From Octopus bimaculoides (Eukaryota): a DNA stretch of 64,000 nucleotides. Below are positions 1 through 12,874 of this stretch, piece after piece. A program made the translations under genes and the position numbers. The stretch covers positions 173,772,110-173,836,109 of the forward strand of contig NC_068982.1 in assembly GCF_001194135.2 (NCBI RefSeq), read 5' to 3'. Position 1 is the stretch's first letter. The number at the start of each line of letters is the position of its first letter. Under the pieces are notes generated by a model. The model searched no databases. It worked only from the letters and a program-made list of their open reading frames with translations, and had not been told where the DNA came from.

Positions 1-1400
1 GGCGTGTCTGCAGGAATTTAAGAGCTCGCGTCTCTGGTTGAAAGCGTTTTTATCCTGGAACAAGATGAAGTACTTCTCTGAGAGACAAAGATTACATTTC
101 ATAGGTCTTTTATCAGCTCCATCTCTGTATGCTGCTGCTTTTTCTAGAATTTTCCAGGTTACATTCAAAGGACAGGTGTCATTTTCTTTCAATTCCCAGA
201 CGTGCTTTGCAAGACTAGTCGCCGTCCTATTCTCGGGGTATCGGAAAGAATTTCTGTGGGAATAGAATCGAGTCTTGAATGAATTCTCTGAAGCCCCTGT
301 ATATGTTTTATATTCTTGCGAGCCATCTATTTGCAATTTGGCTCTATAAACAATACCTTTTACAAGGCATTTTCCTTTCAACGGACAGCAAGTTTCATCT
401 TTGAAATTGCAGTTCCTCAGATTAGATTCGGCACTGTAGTTGTCCGTAGTAATTTTTGTGTTATGCTGTCTAATAAAAGAGGTGACGTGTTGTAACAAGA
501 ATAGCTAATCTTCAGCGTTCTCCTATCAAATATTCTATAGAACTTATGGTTAGATTGAAAATGCTTAGAAACTAATTTTAAGAATCCCCTACCTATATTA
601 GCTTTTACGGCCATATTAAATGCGGAATTAAACCATAAAACTTTCCTAGTTCTAGTTCTACGTGGCCTACTATTGCTAGAATCAACTTGACTAAACTGGA
701 TCTTCGAGAATCCACTTTTCCTTAATGCATTATTGTAATACGGCGCAACATTTTGAAATGCTGTCTCATCCGAAGAAATTGATGATATACACCTTCCTAT
801 ATTACTATCTAGGTTCTTAAGAATTACGGGTGGATGATTAGATTCTTCGCTAATATAACAGATTTTCATTGGGCTTACGGTAGGGTTTAAATTTATCTAA
901 TTGTAAATCTAAGTTGATATCTAAAACATCTACGCTTTTAAGGTTACTTTCTATCGTAATCCGTAAGCTCATTGTTTGGAAGAAAGTGATCAGATTCTTC
1001 CTAAGTTTATCTAACTCATGGCCGTTTAAATTATGGGTGACTATAAGACCGTCATCCCTGTATAATCCTGCATCTATAAAAGGGAATTCTACATGCAGAT
1101 TATGTAAAATATAAGCTCCTATAAGCACACATAACTCTGTCCCATCATATGCCCCCATCGGTACATCGAAAAGAGAATCCTCACTCTTTTTGACCCAGGT
1201 AGAATCCTTGCAAAAACAAAAGGGATTTCCTTGCATGCAGTATAATATCTATTTCCGAGTTATCGATGGTGACATACTGCTTGGCGAAGTCTAATGCTTT
1301 TAGAAGCAAAGGCCTATATATTGACAGGTAAAAGTCGACAATATCAAACTGCGTAAATTTGCAGTTATACTTATGCCATAATCGTAAAGGTAATTTATGG
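1..1400 (-). mobile_element. Penelope-like element (Neptune-like), frameshifted RT + Cys-rich linker + GIY-YIG endonuclease, 5'-truncated
   Basis: Minus-strand translation across frames gives KFTQFDIVDFYLSI (RT3), VPMGAYDGTELCVLIG (RT4), GLYRDDGLIV (YxDD), HPPVILKNL and KVLWFNSAFN. Manual translation of about 470-1 gives CNFKDETCCPLKGKCLVKGIVYRAK..YTGASENSFKTRFYSH..CNLCLSEKYFIL..NQRRELLNSCRH (GIY-YIG). Confidence 0.93.
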
Positions 1401-2006
1401 ATACCCTGTATACACACACAAACACACTCACATACACATATATGTATATACGTATATATATATCTATATATATATATATATANNNNNNNNNNNNNNNNNN
1501 NNNNNNNNNNNNNNNNNNNNNNNNNNNNNNNNNNNNNNNNNNNNNNNNNNNNNNNNNNNNNNNNNNNNNNNNNNNNNNNNNNNNNNNNNNNNNNNNNNNN
1601 NNNNNNNNNNNNNNNNNNNNNNNNNNNNNNNNNNNNNNNNNNNNNNNNNNNNNNNNNNNNNNNNNNNNNNNNNNNNNNNNNNNNNNNNNNNNNNNNNNNN
1701 NNNNNNNNNNNNNNNNNNNNNNNNNNNNNNNNNNNNNNNNNNNNNNNNNNNNNNNNNNNNNNNNNNNNNNNNNNNNNNNNNNNNNNNNNNNNNNNNNNNN
1801 NNNNNNNNNNNNNNNNNNNNNNNNNNNNNNNNNNNNNNNNNNNNNNNNNNNNNNNNNNNNNNNNNNNNNNNNNNNNNNNNNNNNNNNNNNNNNNNNNNNN
1901 NNNNNNNNNNNNNNNNNNNNNNNNNNNNNNNNNNNNNNNNNNNNNNNNNNNNNNNNNNNNNNNNNNNNNNNNNNNNNNNNNNNNNNNNNNNNNNNNNNNN
2001 NNNATA

Positions 2007-2043
<37 letters not shown>

Positions 2044-2093
2044 GTATTATATATATACGTACATACACATCATTATATAAATACAAACGTATA

Positions 2094-2138
<45 letters not shown>

Positions 2139-2522
2139 GTATGCATGCATGTATATGTATATGTATATATATGTATACATGTGAGTTTATATCTGTACGT
2201 GCGTTTGTGCGTGTGTGTATGTATGTGTGCGTGTGTAAGCATGTGTGTATGCATAGACTCTGAGCTACGTGTATTTAGAATTATAGACAGGAGATTTAGA
2301 ATGAATGACTGAAAGTTATTAGCCTGAGTGTCCATATATTTTATTGAAAACAACAGGTTCGTGGATCAATAATTTGTTTTACTTGACTGTGATTACTATT
2401 TAATCCTTGTTTTAATAAAATATTACATCAGACGTCTTATTATATCATTAATTTCGTCAGGGCACACACACATACGCACACACAAATGCACATACACACA
2501 TACATACATGTATATATGTATG

Positions 2523-2573
<51 letters not shown>

Positions 2574-2854
2574 NNNNNNNNNNTTAGAACAATGAACTAC
2601 AGACAACGGAACGAACACATAGGAAAACAGAAAGCCACTTGGAATTATTCCTTCATCAGCTGCCTCTATTCTAACTCTATATACGCATATACATATATTT
2701 GTGCGTATATGTGCAAGTATATTTGTATATGTATATGTGTGTATATATGTACTTTTGTGTCACATTCATTTGTGTGTCTTTGTGTTTATACATGCGTAAC
2801 TGTGTATGCGTGCGTTTGTGTGTGCGCGTGTGTCTGTGTGTGTGTGCGTGCGTG

Positions 2855-2947
<93 letters not shown>

Positions 2948-5442
2948 TATTGGAAGAGACTAATCTATCAAAACTTTTATGTCTTTTCTAAATTGACAAA
3001 TAATTTCATTGAAACATTCATCCTTTGGCGTATCAAATTAAAGATGTCAGAAATACTGGGAGAGAGGAGTCGTTTGCTTTTATGACGTTGACGCGCCGTG
3101 ATACTTTAGGAAGTCTATCCACAACACATCAAATTCGATTCATTATAAATGATTGATGTTATTCGTCTTTTCGAAATGAAATATAAATATCTTGCCAGAA
3201 ATGCCTGATGACAATTACTACTCAAGGAAATTATGCTTTGTCCCTACAGTGTTGTTACAAAATTCTCTCATACGACAAACGATCACAAAGTTATTATAAA
3301 ATCGATTCCAATACATGAATGTCCCATCCATTAATGGCGACATTTTCTATTGTAATCAATAAAGTTTTAACTATGCTCACTACGTCCGCTTTGCGTTTAC
3401 TGTTTCTATGAGAGAGCATTTATTTGTATTAACTTGTGCGTAAATATCTGGCAATTCTAAGTAACGTCTTGCTATTTCAGCTCATTTGTGTCTCAAATTT
3501 ATTTTCCTCCTATTTATTATTTATATATATCTATCAAGTAATATTCGTTAATATGGTTGACTACTTATAACGAACGAGACAATTTCTGTCGGTAAATTGA
3601 TTCGAATTTGAATATAAATCTCTATAAGAAAACATATCGTGTGTGTTTGCTGTTATTACTCTATACGGTTTATACAATTGGTACGCCATTCTTGATTGCT
3701 ACAATTTCATATTTACTGAAATTAACTTGACTGCTGCATTTTTAAAGCTCAATATCATATTCAAAACATTAAAGACTTAGCCAAAGTTTCGGTATTGATA
3801 CTTAATTTGATCACTTTCCTTTGCACTCGTCTGTAGTGATCTGATTTTCAAGAAAACTATCTTCCAATAATATTTCAATAATCAGTCTTAAACAATAAAA
3901 GAAAATATTTTTCTTGGCACAGTGATGATTTCATTATTTACAAAATTCAGTTAATATATTTACTTCGGTTACAGAATTTACATTTTACAATTGTACAATG
4001 TTTACAATGTAAGTAGGTTTATCACAGCTGCTAATTTTGCAGAATTCCATCACATTATCGATAATCTCTTAAGTATCTTTGTTTAACAATTTTAGGGATA
4101 TGGCTAATATATTTAACTCAATATATTTCTCCATATTTAAAAGTAAATATCACTTATCACATTCGGCATTAAATTACTTCGCTAAAAACACTTTATATAT
4201 TTTGAATATTCTATTAAATGTTAATATGAACATATGCTTTCACATATATTGATAATTATTTATGAATGGAATGAATAAGACTACACAGATATAAGCTGAT
4301 TAGTCGATAATATTTCGTTAACATTTTACACGTACTTTGCAAATCATTGATGCTACATTATCTTAATTATGTATATAAAGCAATTTCTTGCTATAATATA
4401 CCACGAGAATAATTAAGAGTCGCAGCTAATCCGTTAGGAGGTTTAGATTTTAATTGACTTAGACAGTTGTGAGCCTGATCATTCTGGAGCACGCACTATT
4501 TTATGCATGCATCTTGTTAAGTGTTTGTATATTTCTTGAAGTTTGTGTATGCATGCTCTTATTTATGCATGTACGCATGTATAGATGTATGTAATGTAGC
4601 AACTATTGAATAAGGCAATATTTATGTATGTATGGATGTATGTACGTATGTATGTACGTACGTACGTATGTATGTATGTATGTATGCATGTATGTAGGTA
4701 TTATTGTGTTAGTTGATGAAAGAATGAGAAATTGAAGCCTCTTAATCATTACTTATAATCTCCTAAAGGAGGTTTTTCTGTGTCGTAGGGGAAACATAAC
4801 CAGGTGATGTTTAAGATCCCGATTGTAGGTATTGTGCTTTCTTAAAATTGTTTTCGTATTTTTTTAAAGAAACAATACAATTAGTAAGCACCAGTGACAA
4901 ACATAAAGGGTAGGTCCTTTATCAGGATGGTGGGTATATCAAATTAATACCAAAAATAAATACAAAGGGATGCAAAATAAAAAATATGAAGGGGTATTAT
5001 TAGAAATATTGAATAACAGCGCAAAACAAATGAAAGGTACATGAAAGTTAAGGGATACTACAAATTCCTGATGATATTCAGTGTAATATGGCATTATCTT
5101 TATGAGGATAAAATAACAACTTCATTGTTTTGCTTGGCATTTATCTAATTGCAAAACGAGATAAAATACTGGATTTTATCTAATGTTGTCAAATTAGGTT
5201 CAGAGTTTCCGTCATTGTTTATGTGTCGCTCAGCTGATGTTTCCTTTTAAAAAAATGACATAGTAACGAAGTTTATCTCTTCTATTTAAGACACACACAC
5301 ACGAGCATACATTCACATACGCACATACACACATGAACATACATTCACATACACACATACACATGCCAACAAAGTCATGTGCATAAATATATAAATCCCG
5401 AAGCCCAAACACATGCACACACACACAAATATACAGTGTACA

Positions 5443-5542
<100 letters not shown>

Positions 5543-5580
5543 CATATACACATAAAATAATACACATACGCACGCGCATG

Positions 5581-5614
<34 letters not shown>

Positions 5615-6727
5615 CACACGCACACATACAAAACACATATATGTATGTGTATATATTTTCATCGAAAACAAGATCTTTCTGGCGCTCATTGTTTAGTTCA
5701 GGAGAACAGTATTTGCATGTATATATGAATGCATGTATGTATGTTCGTTTGTGTGTACGTATGTGGGTATATATGTATATATGGATGCATGTGCATGTAC
5801 TTATGTGTATGTGCATGCGTGCACATATGTGTATAACTATGTATACACATATTTGCATATGTATGTATGCACGTATGTGTTTATGTGTGCATGCATGTAC
5901 GTGTATATGTATATATAGATTTATAATTTTGCCACAGGTGCGGTTGAGTTGTTGTTAATCAAAAGATCCCAAATTTGATCCTACTGCATAGCATCTTGTA
6001 ATATAGAAGCTCGTCAGATTGATTCTACTTGTAATTCAAAGGGCCAGCCTAATTGCGCTATGTCACGCTGGCTCTACTTGATTGTAAAGGTGGAATATTC
6101 CTATACTCATTGGATTCATGGAATAAAGAAAATGCATTTCGAGAGAGTCACTAAGACATTTACAGACATTAGCTAGTGCACCAATCATTATAAATATAAA
6201 CGTAAATTTAAAATCTGGGTTCAGAAGTAATAGATTCCAAGAAATTGCTGACTTCATTGAGCTGAAATTTGCATTTAGAATTCTTGATAACAAAATGGTG
6301 ATTTCTTTCGGCAAAAATCCTTTGCTACCGGAGAAGTAACATTTCTATCAAAGGAAATGGTTTATCTAACTTGTCTATGTAGAGAACTCATTCTTCCAGT
6401 TCATTATAAACATGCATTTACATGCACGCACACACACACATGTATTTCTGCTTGTGTGCATATGTAAATATTTTTTTTATGTGTGCATGTTGTGCTAATG
6501 CATAGCAAAGGATGCAAACAAGGGCAAGAAAATTAATCAATAAATCAGTTTTCAAATTGTCTTGCTCTATTTGTTGTTCTTTTAGTTGCACAGACAATTT
6601 CTTGTTACTCTTACTAGCAGAAGAGCAGTGAACCAATCATTGGTTCATGGAATATCCATAATCAACGACATTGTTGCTTACAAAATATGATATAAAAATA
6701 ATCCTTTCTACTACAAGCACAAATTCT

Positions 6728-6915
6728 GAAATTTGAGGGAGAAGGTTAGTCGATTGCATACACTTTTCAGTGTTCAACAAGTACATATTTTATCGAACTC
6801 AAAAATGGATGAAACGTAAAGTCGACCTCGGCAAAATTTGAAATCAAACCGCAGAGCCACATGGAATGCTGTTAAACATTTTTATCGGTCGTGTTGACGA
6901 TTCTGCCTACTCACT
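6728..6915 (-). mobile_element. Degenerate copy of tRNA-derived SINE family A
   Basis: Matches the reverse complement of the better copies (gtcgacctcggc, aaatttgaa, gattctgcc). Confidence 0.7.
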
Positions 6916-6978
6916 GCGGGGATTGAATGAGTTAATAGATAATGTATTTAATTCTGCATTCTATCATTTCTGTTGTTA

Positions 6979-7188
6979 GTTATTATTTATTTATTATTTA
7001 TTTATTATTTAGCGAACATTATACATATTAATGTATTTTGTCGTCTAATGGTAATAATAAGCATATATTCTATCAATATTACAGTTATTATTTATTTATT
7101 ATTCATTTATTATTTAGCGAACATTATACATATTAATGTAGTCTATCGTCTAATGGTAATAGTAAACATATATTCTATCAATACTACA
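6979..7188. repeat. Tandem duplication, 2 x 105 bp
   Basis: The shared agcgaacattatacatattaatgta starts at 7011 and 7116; the units are about 90% identical by eye. Confidence 0.9.
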
Positions 7189-8729
7189 GTCTGCCAATAC
7201 TACATTAGACAGGTCTCGTATTTCTAAGGGATCTATATTAGTCGAATCAACCATTGCATACAATTATTATCTGATCGATCTCTGAAAACTGAACGTCAAA
7301 GTCGATAAAATAACTGAGTTTGAACACAAAAGAAGTGAATTTAACATTGTAAAGCATTTAAAGTGTTTTCCAGAGATCTGTATTTCAACCAACTAACTTA
7401 CCGCTTTTGAATGAATTTTAAAAACTACTAGATCACAAAGAAACTAGTGATAGTTTCCGTCAAAAAATTCAAAACAGAAAACTACTCGTTTAAAGTCGAA
7501 TAAGTCCGTAAGGTGGGGTGAGCTCTTGACAAATCTTCCCTTCAAAGAAAAGGTATTTTCTTTTAAAGCACTATATTGACCAAAACGTCAAAAGTTACCT
7601 TTCCTAGTGACACACGAATCCAATTTACAAATTTTATCACCTTTTGAATATTAATTTCGTTCGTTTAAATGAATATTCACCGAAGATAAAAATTTAAAGT
7701 TTATTTATAAAATGTGTATGTAAGTGAGCGTGTACATGTGTGAATTTGAATATGTGTGCCTGTGAGAGTGCTTGTTTGTGTGTATTTATGCATATAAGTG
7801 GCAGCAGGAACTGGTGTGCTCCAACAGGAAGATCTGAACCTGTGAACGGCAGGTGTTTCAACTGAAACAATTTACCTGTCATGTGATAATATTCCAGAAG
7901 AAAAAAAGGAAGGAAAACAAAAAGGAAATGAGAAATAATTACTATGCATCGCTACTGCATATGTCGATTGGTTAGCAGCAAATATCACGTGGTATATATG
8001 ACTGCCTGTTCTCTTTTTTTTCTTCTTTTTTTTGTACTTTCTTTTCATTATTTTCTACTTTCTCATATCTCACTCGTATGATGTGTTTATTTCTTTGCTA
8101 CAGTCCGTATCCAATAACATTACATAAACATTGCAAACTCTAACCATATGCCACTTTAAAAAATAAAAAGGAAATAAAATTTTCCAAAAACAACAAAGAG
8201 AGAAAACAAAAAGTATTAAAAAAAACTAAAAATAAATAATGAATTCCTACTACATCTTATAAAAAAAAATATAATCCCTGTGTGTTGCTTGAGAGCTGTG
8301 TGAACTGGCTATATGGGTATCTACCCCTGGGTAGTTGCAGTAAGTAGCTCCGACAGCTACCAGCTGTTCCCTTTCCCTTCCTTTTGATTTTATTTTTATT
8401 CTTTTTAGTTTGTTAATGTCTAGAACTGTGAGGTTACTGTTTCAAACCTCATTCCCGTCATCTTGTTGTATCAACATATCTGCAGAAACTGCAGATATGA
8501 AGGTGGAGTGGAGTGGAGTGTTGTGTGGTGTGGGGTGAGGTAACATAAGAGAGTGTAGTTTGGGTGTCACGGGAGGTGGGGAGCAGCGTAGTGTGGTGTG
8601 GTACGGTGTGATGTAGCGGAGTGTATGCATTCAGTGAATTACTTACGACGGTGAATGATATAGCTGTGTTTATAATTTGTCATCTCACCACGATACTAAT
8701 GAAAAATATTAGAAAAAATAAAGGAACGT

Positions 8730-8950
8730 AATTAAATTGGAGCTGTTGCTGCTGATGCTGCTTTCTCTGCTGCTACTGCTGCTTCTGCTGCTGCTACTAC
8801 TGTTGTTGTTGTTGTAGTTTTTGTTATTGATATGTTTTAATTTTTTTGTTTTATTATTCTTGTTGTTGGTGTCGCTGACGTTGGTATTTCTCTTGGAGTG
8901 ACTGTTGTTGGTGTAGGTTGTACTGCTGATGTGGCGGGTGGCATGCTGTG
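8730..8950. repeat. Degenerate (TGC/TGT)n trinucleotide low-complexity tract
   Basis: Runs of gctgct/gttgtt; translates to poly-N/S only. Confidence 0.85.
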
Positions 8951-9280
8951 GCAGTAATTTTTCGGCGAACCTACTCCTCGACCCGATCTCAACTCCCAGT
9001 TGGAACTGTTTCACTTCTACCGCAAGTCAAACCCACTCTTGGGAAACTTAGGAATGACGTAAAAGCCCACCTTTTTACCTATGTACATCCCTCATCCCTC
9101 TTTTGTCCTGATTAATATTGTTACCAAAGAAATGGATAGTAAAATTAGAAAAGGCTGCATAAAATACTGTGCACTACTTAAAGTCTTTTTACGGCCTGAG
9201 ATCAAATCCTCATGAGATTAATTCTACTTTCCGGTCTCCCGGAGTCGATGGCATAATTATCAACGATATTCTAGAGCAAG

Positions 9281-9673
9281 GCGGGCTGCTGGCAGAATCG
9301 TTAGCACGACGGACAAAATACTTAGTGGCATTTAGTCTGTCTTCGCGTTCAGATTCCACCATGGTCGACTTTGCCTTTCATCTATTCAGGGTCGATACAA
9401 TAAGTAGCAGTTGAGCGCTGGAGTCGATTTAATCGACTTAACCTTCCCCCGAACTTGCAGGCTTTGAATCTAATAATATTTGAATAATTTGAATCTAATA
9501 ATATACTAAAGTTCGACCGTCTTTACTTTGCGAGTTCAAATTCTACCGCGGTCGACTTTGCCTCTCGTCTTTCAGGGCCGATAAAATAAGTACCTATTAG
9601 CCACTGGGATTGACGTAATCGACTTACTCCAGCTCCTCAAAATGCTAGCCTTGTACCAAAATTAGAAATCAAT
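9281..9673 (+). mobile_element. Two tandem SINE family A copies (9281-9478 near full length; 9511-9673 5'-truncated)
   Basis: gctggcagaatcgttagcac head, gttcaaattc B-box, gtcgactttgcct and aataagtac body, ccttgtaccaaaattagaaatc tail. Confidence 0.85.
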
Positions 9674-10659
9674 AATATACTTTAATCGGCAACGACGCGC
9701 AAAAATATGTGACCTGCTTAAAATAGAGGTAAGTGTTAAACTAAAGGTAACAGAATTGTGAAGAGAACGTAGAAATTGCATTGAAGCATTTTGTTGCATA
9801 TTTTCATGTTTTATGTCCACCTGTGTAGGCAGAAACTTTGCCAAACGTCAGTCTATATTTGATAAAGCTATTAACAGGCAATGAATTGTCTCAGTCATTA
9901 GATTGTGGCTTGAGTTCAGAGTAAAACTTTTTATTTCATTCTTTCGGGACTTGATAAATGAAATACTACAACTGGAACTGATTCTTCTCGCTTTTCTTCT
10001 TGAAGATATTGAATGCATTCGAATTTGAGAGGGGAATGGAGAGGGTAGTGGAGAGAGCAATTTAAAGAAAAGAAAACAAGTTACAATTTATATTAAAACA
10101 ACACCCAACGGCTCAATTAAGAAGGAAGGAAATCTAGCAACAGCCAAAAACAGGAATCAACTTAATGAACTCTAACATCTCACCAAATATTTGGCCATGC
10201 AACAAAATAAGGAACCATTATCAATATTATAGTAGTTCTTGTTGGCACGAGGGTAGGCTTCATTGAGCAGCCAAAATGTTCAAAGGTAATCTAGTCGTGT
10301 ATTTGCAGCAATAGTGTTTTTCAGAACAAAATTATCCGTGTATCTTTCGTTCGAGCAATACTTAGTGGGTTGTGATAAATGATTTTGCTACTTTTAAAGT
10401 TTCGAGGGACTACTTGTAGGCGTCCTCGTTTCATTGGGTTTTATTAGCGTCGATATAGTTGCCCTTGTCAGAGCAACTCTGTAATAGGAATGGTGCAACA
10501 GAAGTTAGCTAATATCACTTTAAGAACCTCGATCGACATTCAGGAATTTAGTCTTTAACTGTCATATACTTAGATTTGATAAAATAAAATTCTCTAAATT
10601 AAATGATGTGTAAGATAGATAAATTTCAAATAACTTTTTTTTATAAATTGACAGATGGC

Positions 10660-11410
10660 TTGAAATTTGGGGAAGGGGGCTAGTCGATAACATCGTCTCC
10701 AGTACTCATCAAGTACTTATTTTATCTACCCACCTTACGAAAAGAAGGAAAGCAAAGTCGACTTGGGAGAAATTTGAGCTCAGCCGGAAGAAATGCTGCT
10801 AAGCATTTTGCCCAATGCGCTACCGATTCTGACTGTTTGCTACCTAGATAAATCTCATATACTGGTTTTAAAGTTTTGTATAAGGCCGTAGGTTTTTTGA
10901 GAGGGCGTAAGTCGATTACATCGAGCCCGGTGCTCATCTGGTACTTACTTTGTTGACACAGAAATGATGAAAGGCAAAGTCAACCTCAGCATAATTTAGA
11001 CTCAGAACGTAAAGATCGACAAAATGCTGCATTTTGCCCGGAGTGCTAAAGATTCTGCCAATTTGTCATGTAATAAATCTTGCATATTGATTTCAAATTC
11101 TGGCAAAAAGCCAGCAAATCGTGTGCATCGACCCCAGTGTTACACTGATACTTATTTTATCGACCTCTATGGGATGAAGGGCAAAATCAAGATCAGTGAA
11201 ATCTGAACTCGAGACGCAAGGATTTCGTCCAGCGTCCAAACGATTATCCCAGCTCGCCGTTTAAAAAATATATCGGTTTCAAATTTTGGCTCAAGGTGAA
11301 CAATTTCTGGGTCGGGGGTAAGTCAATTACATCAACAGCTACATATTACTCAACAGCTAGATATTTCATCAACCCCGATAGTGTGAAAGGCAAAAGTTGA
11401 CCTCGGCAGC
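10660..11410 (-). mobile_element. Head-to-tail array of four SINE family A copies (about 10660-10840, 10880-11057, 11087-11258, 11275-11410)
   Basis: The tail (tttcaaatttt/ctggc), the tacttattttatc body and the gcaaagtc(a/g)acc motif recur, all on the same strand. Confidence 0.85.
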
Positions 11411-11929
11411 ACATAATTGTCCGCATTCGGCGCTGCAACACCAAATACGAGGAATTACCTCGCGAATATGAGTTTTCGATATTGTTCTGTATGAACATTT
11501 CCGGGGTTGTTTTTACCTTTGCATGTATGTATGTCTTTGTGAACGTATGTATATATGANNNNNNNNNNNNNNNNNNNNNNNNNNNNNNNNNNNNNNNNNN
11601 NNNNNNNNNNNNNNNNNNNNNNNNNNNNNNNNNNNNNNNNNNNNNNNNNNNNNNNNNNNNNNNNNNNNNNNNNNNNNNNNNNNNNNNNNNNNNNNNNNNN
11701 NNNNNNNNNNNNNNNNNNNNNNNNNNNNNNNNNNNNNNNNNNNNNNNNNNNNNNNNNNNNNNNNNNNNNNNNNNNNNNNNNNNNNNNNNNNNNNNNNNNN
11801 NNNNNNNNNNNNNNNNNNNNNNNNNNNNNNNNNNNNNNNNNNNNNNNNNNNNNNNNNNNNNNNNNNNNNNNNNNNNNNNNNNNNNNNNNNNNNNNNNNNN
11901 NNNNNNNNNNNNNNNNNNNNNNNNNNNNN

Positions 11930-12837
11930 GATGGGGAAATTGTCGCTGTTTTATATTTCTGATTTTGCACATGCGCTTTGATTGTTTTTGACTTGTTGAC
12001 TCCACGGTATAGTTGGGTCAACTCGGCACCGTCTCTGAGAAAAAACAGCACCATGATACAAACCACTGTCAGAAATTTGGAAGCGACATGCTGTACTGCA
12101 TGGCATTCACGCTGGAAGCTCCAATACGAGCATGTCAGAGTGTTTGGGTGTCAATGTCAGGACAGTGCAATCTGAGGATATATATTGAGAGTGATAAAAA
12201 TCAAACATCCAGTCAGCATCATGGTGTTTTGGAGTGATCACTGGTGATGACAACGTTATGCCTCCATTCATCTTCCCACATGGGTTCAGAATCAACACTG
12301 AGGACTACATCAAGTGCCAGGAACAGGTAGTGCTGCCCTGAGTCAAGAGGGTGGCTGCTGAAAGACCCCTATGTCTGGCAACAGGACTCTCCATCTTGCC
12401 ACACAAGCGGAAGAACCCAGTAATGGCTGTCAGACAATTTCTGTGACCACATCACCCCTAACATCTGGCCACACTTGATTATTATGTGTAAAGCGCAGTT
12501 GAGTGAGAGACAAACAAAACTTCTTGTAAAACCAAAGATGGACTGAAGACAGGGATTACGGCAGCATTCACCAACTTAAACAGAGACCGTCCAGAAGAGT
12601 TGCAGGAGATTCCGAAGTCGTCTGCTGACCGTGGTTGAAACCAACGGCGATTTTATTGAATAAATTAACTCTTTAGTATTCCAAGATATTTTTATGTAAT
12701 TTTGGTAAGTAACTTGCTGACCAACCACATGGTTCCGGGTTCACATGGTACCTTTGACAAGTATTTTCTACTATAGCCTCTGGCTGACCAAAGTCTTGTG
12801 AGTGGATTCGGTAGACGGAAACTGAAAGAAGCCCGTC

Positions 12838-12874
<37 letters not shown>

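Noticed and set aside
8475-8499. Perfect 11-bp hairpin catatctgcag-aaa-ctgcagatatg
   Set aside because: An isolated short palindrome with no supporting context; plausible by chance or local template switching.
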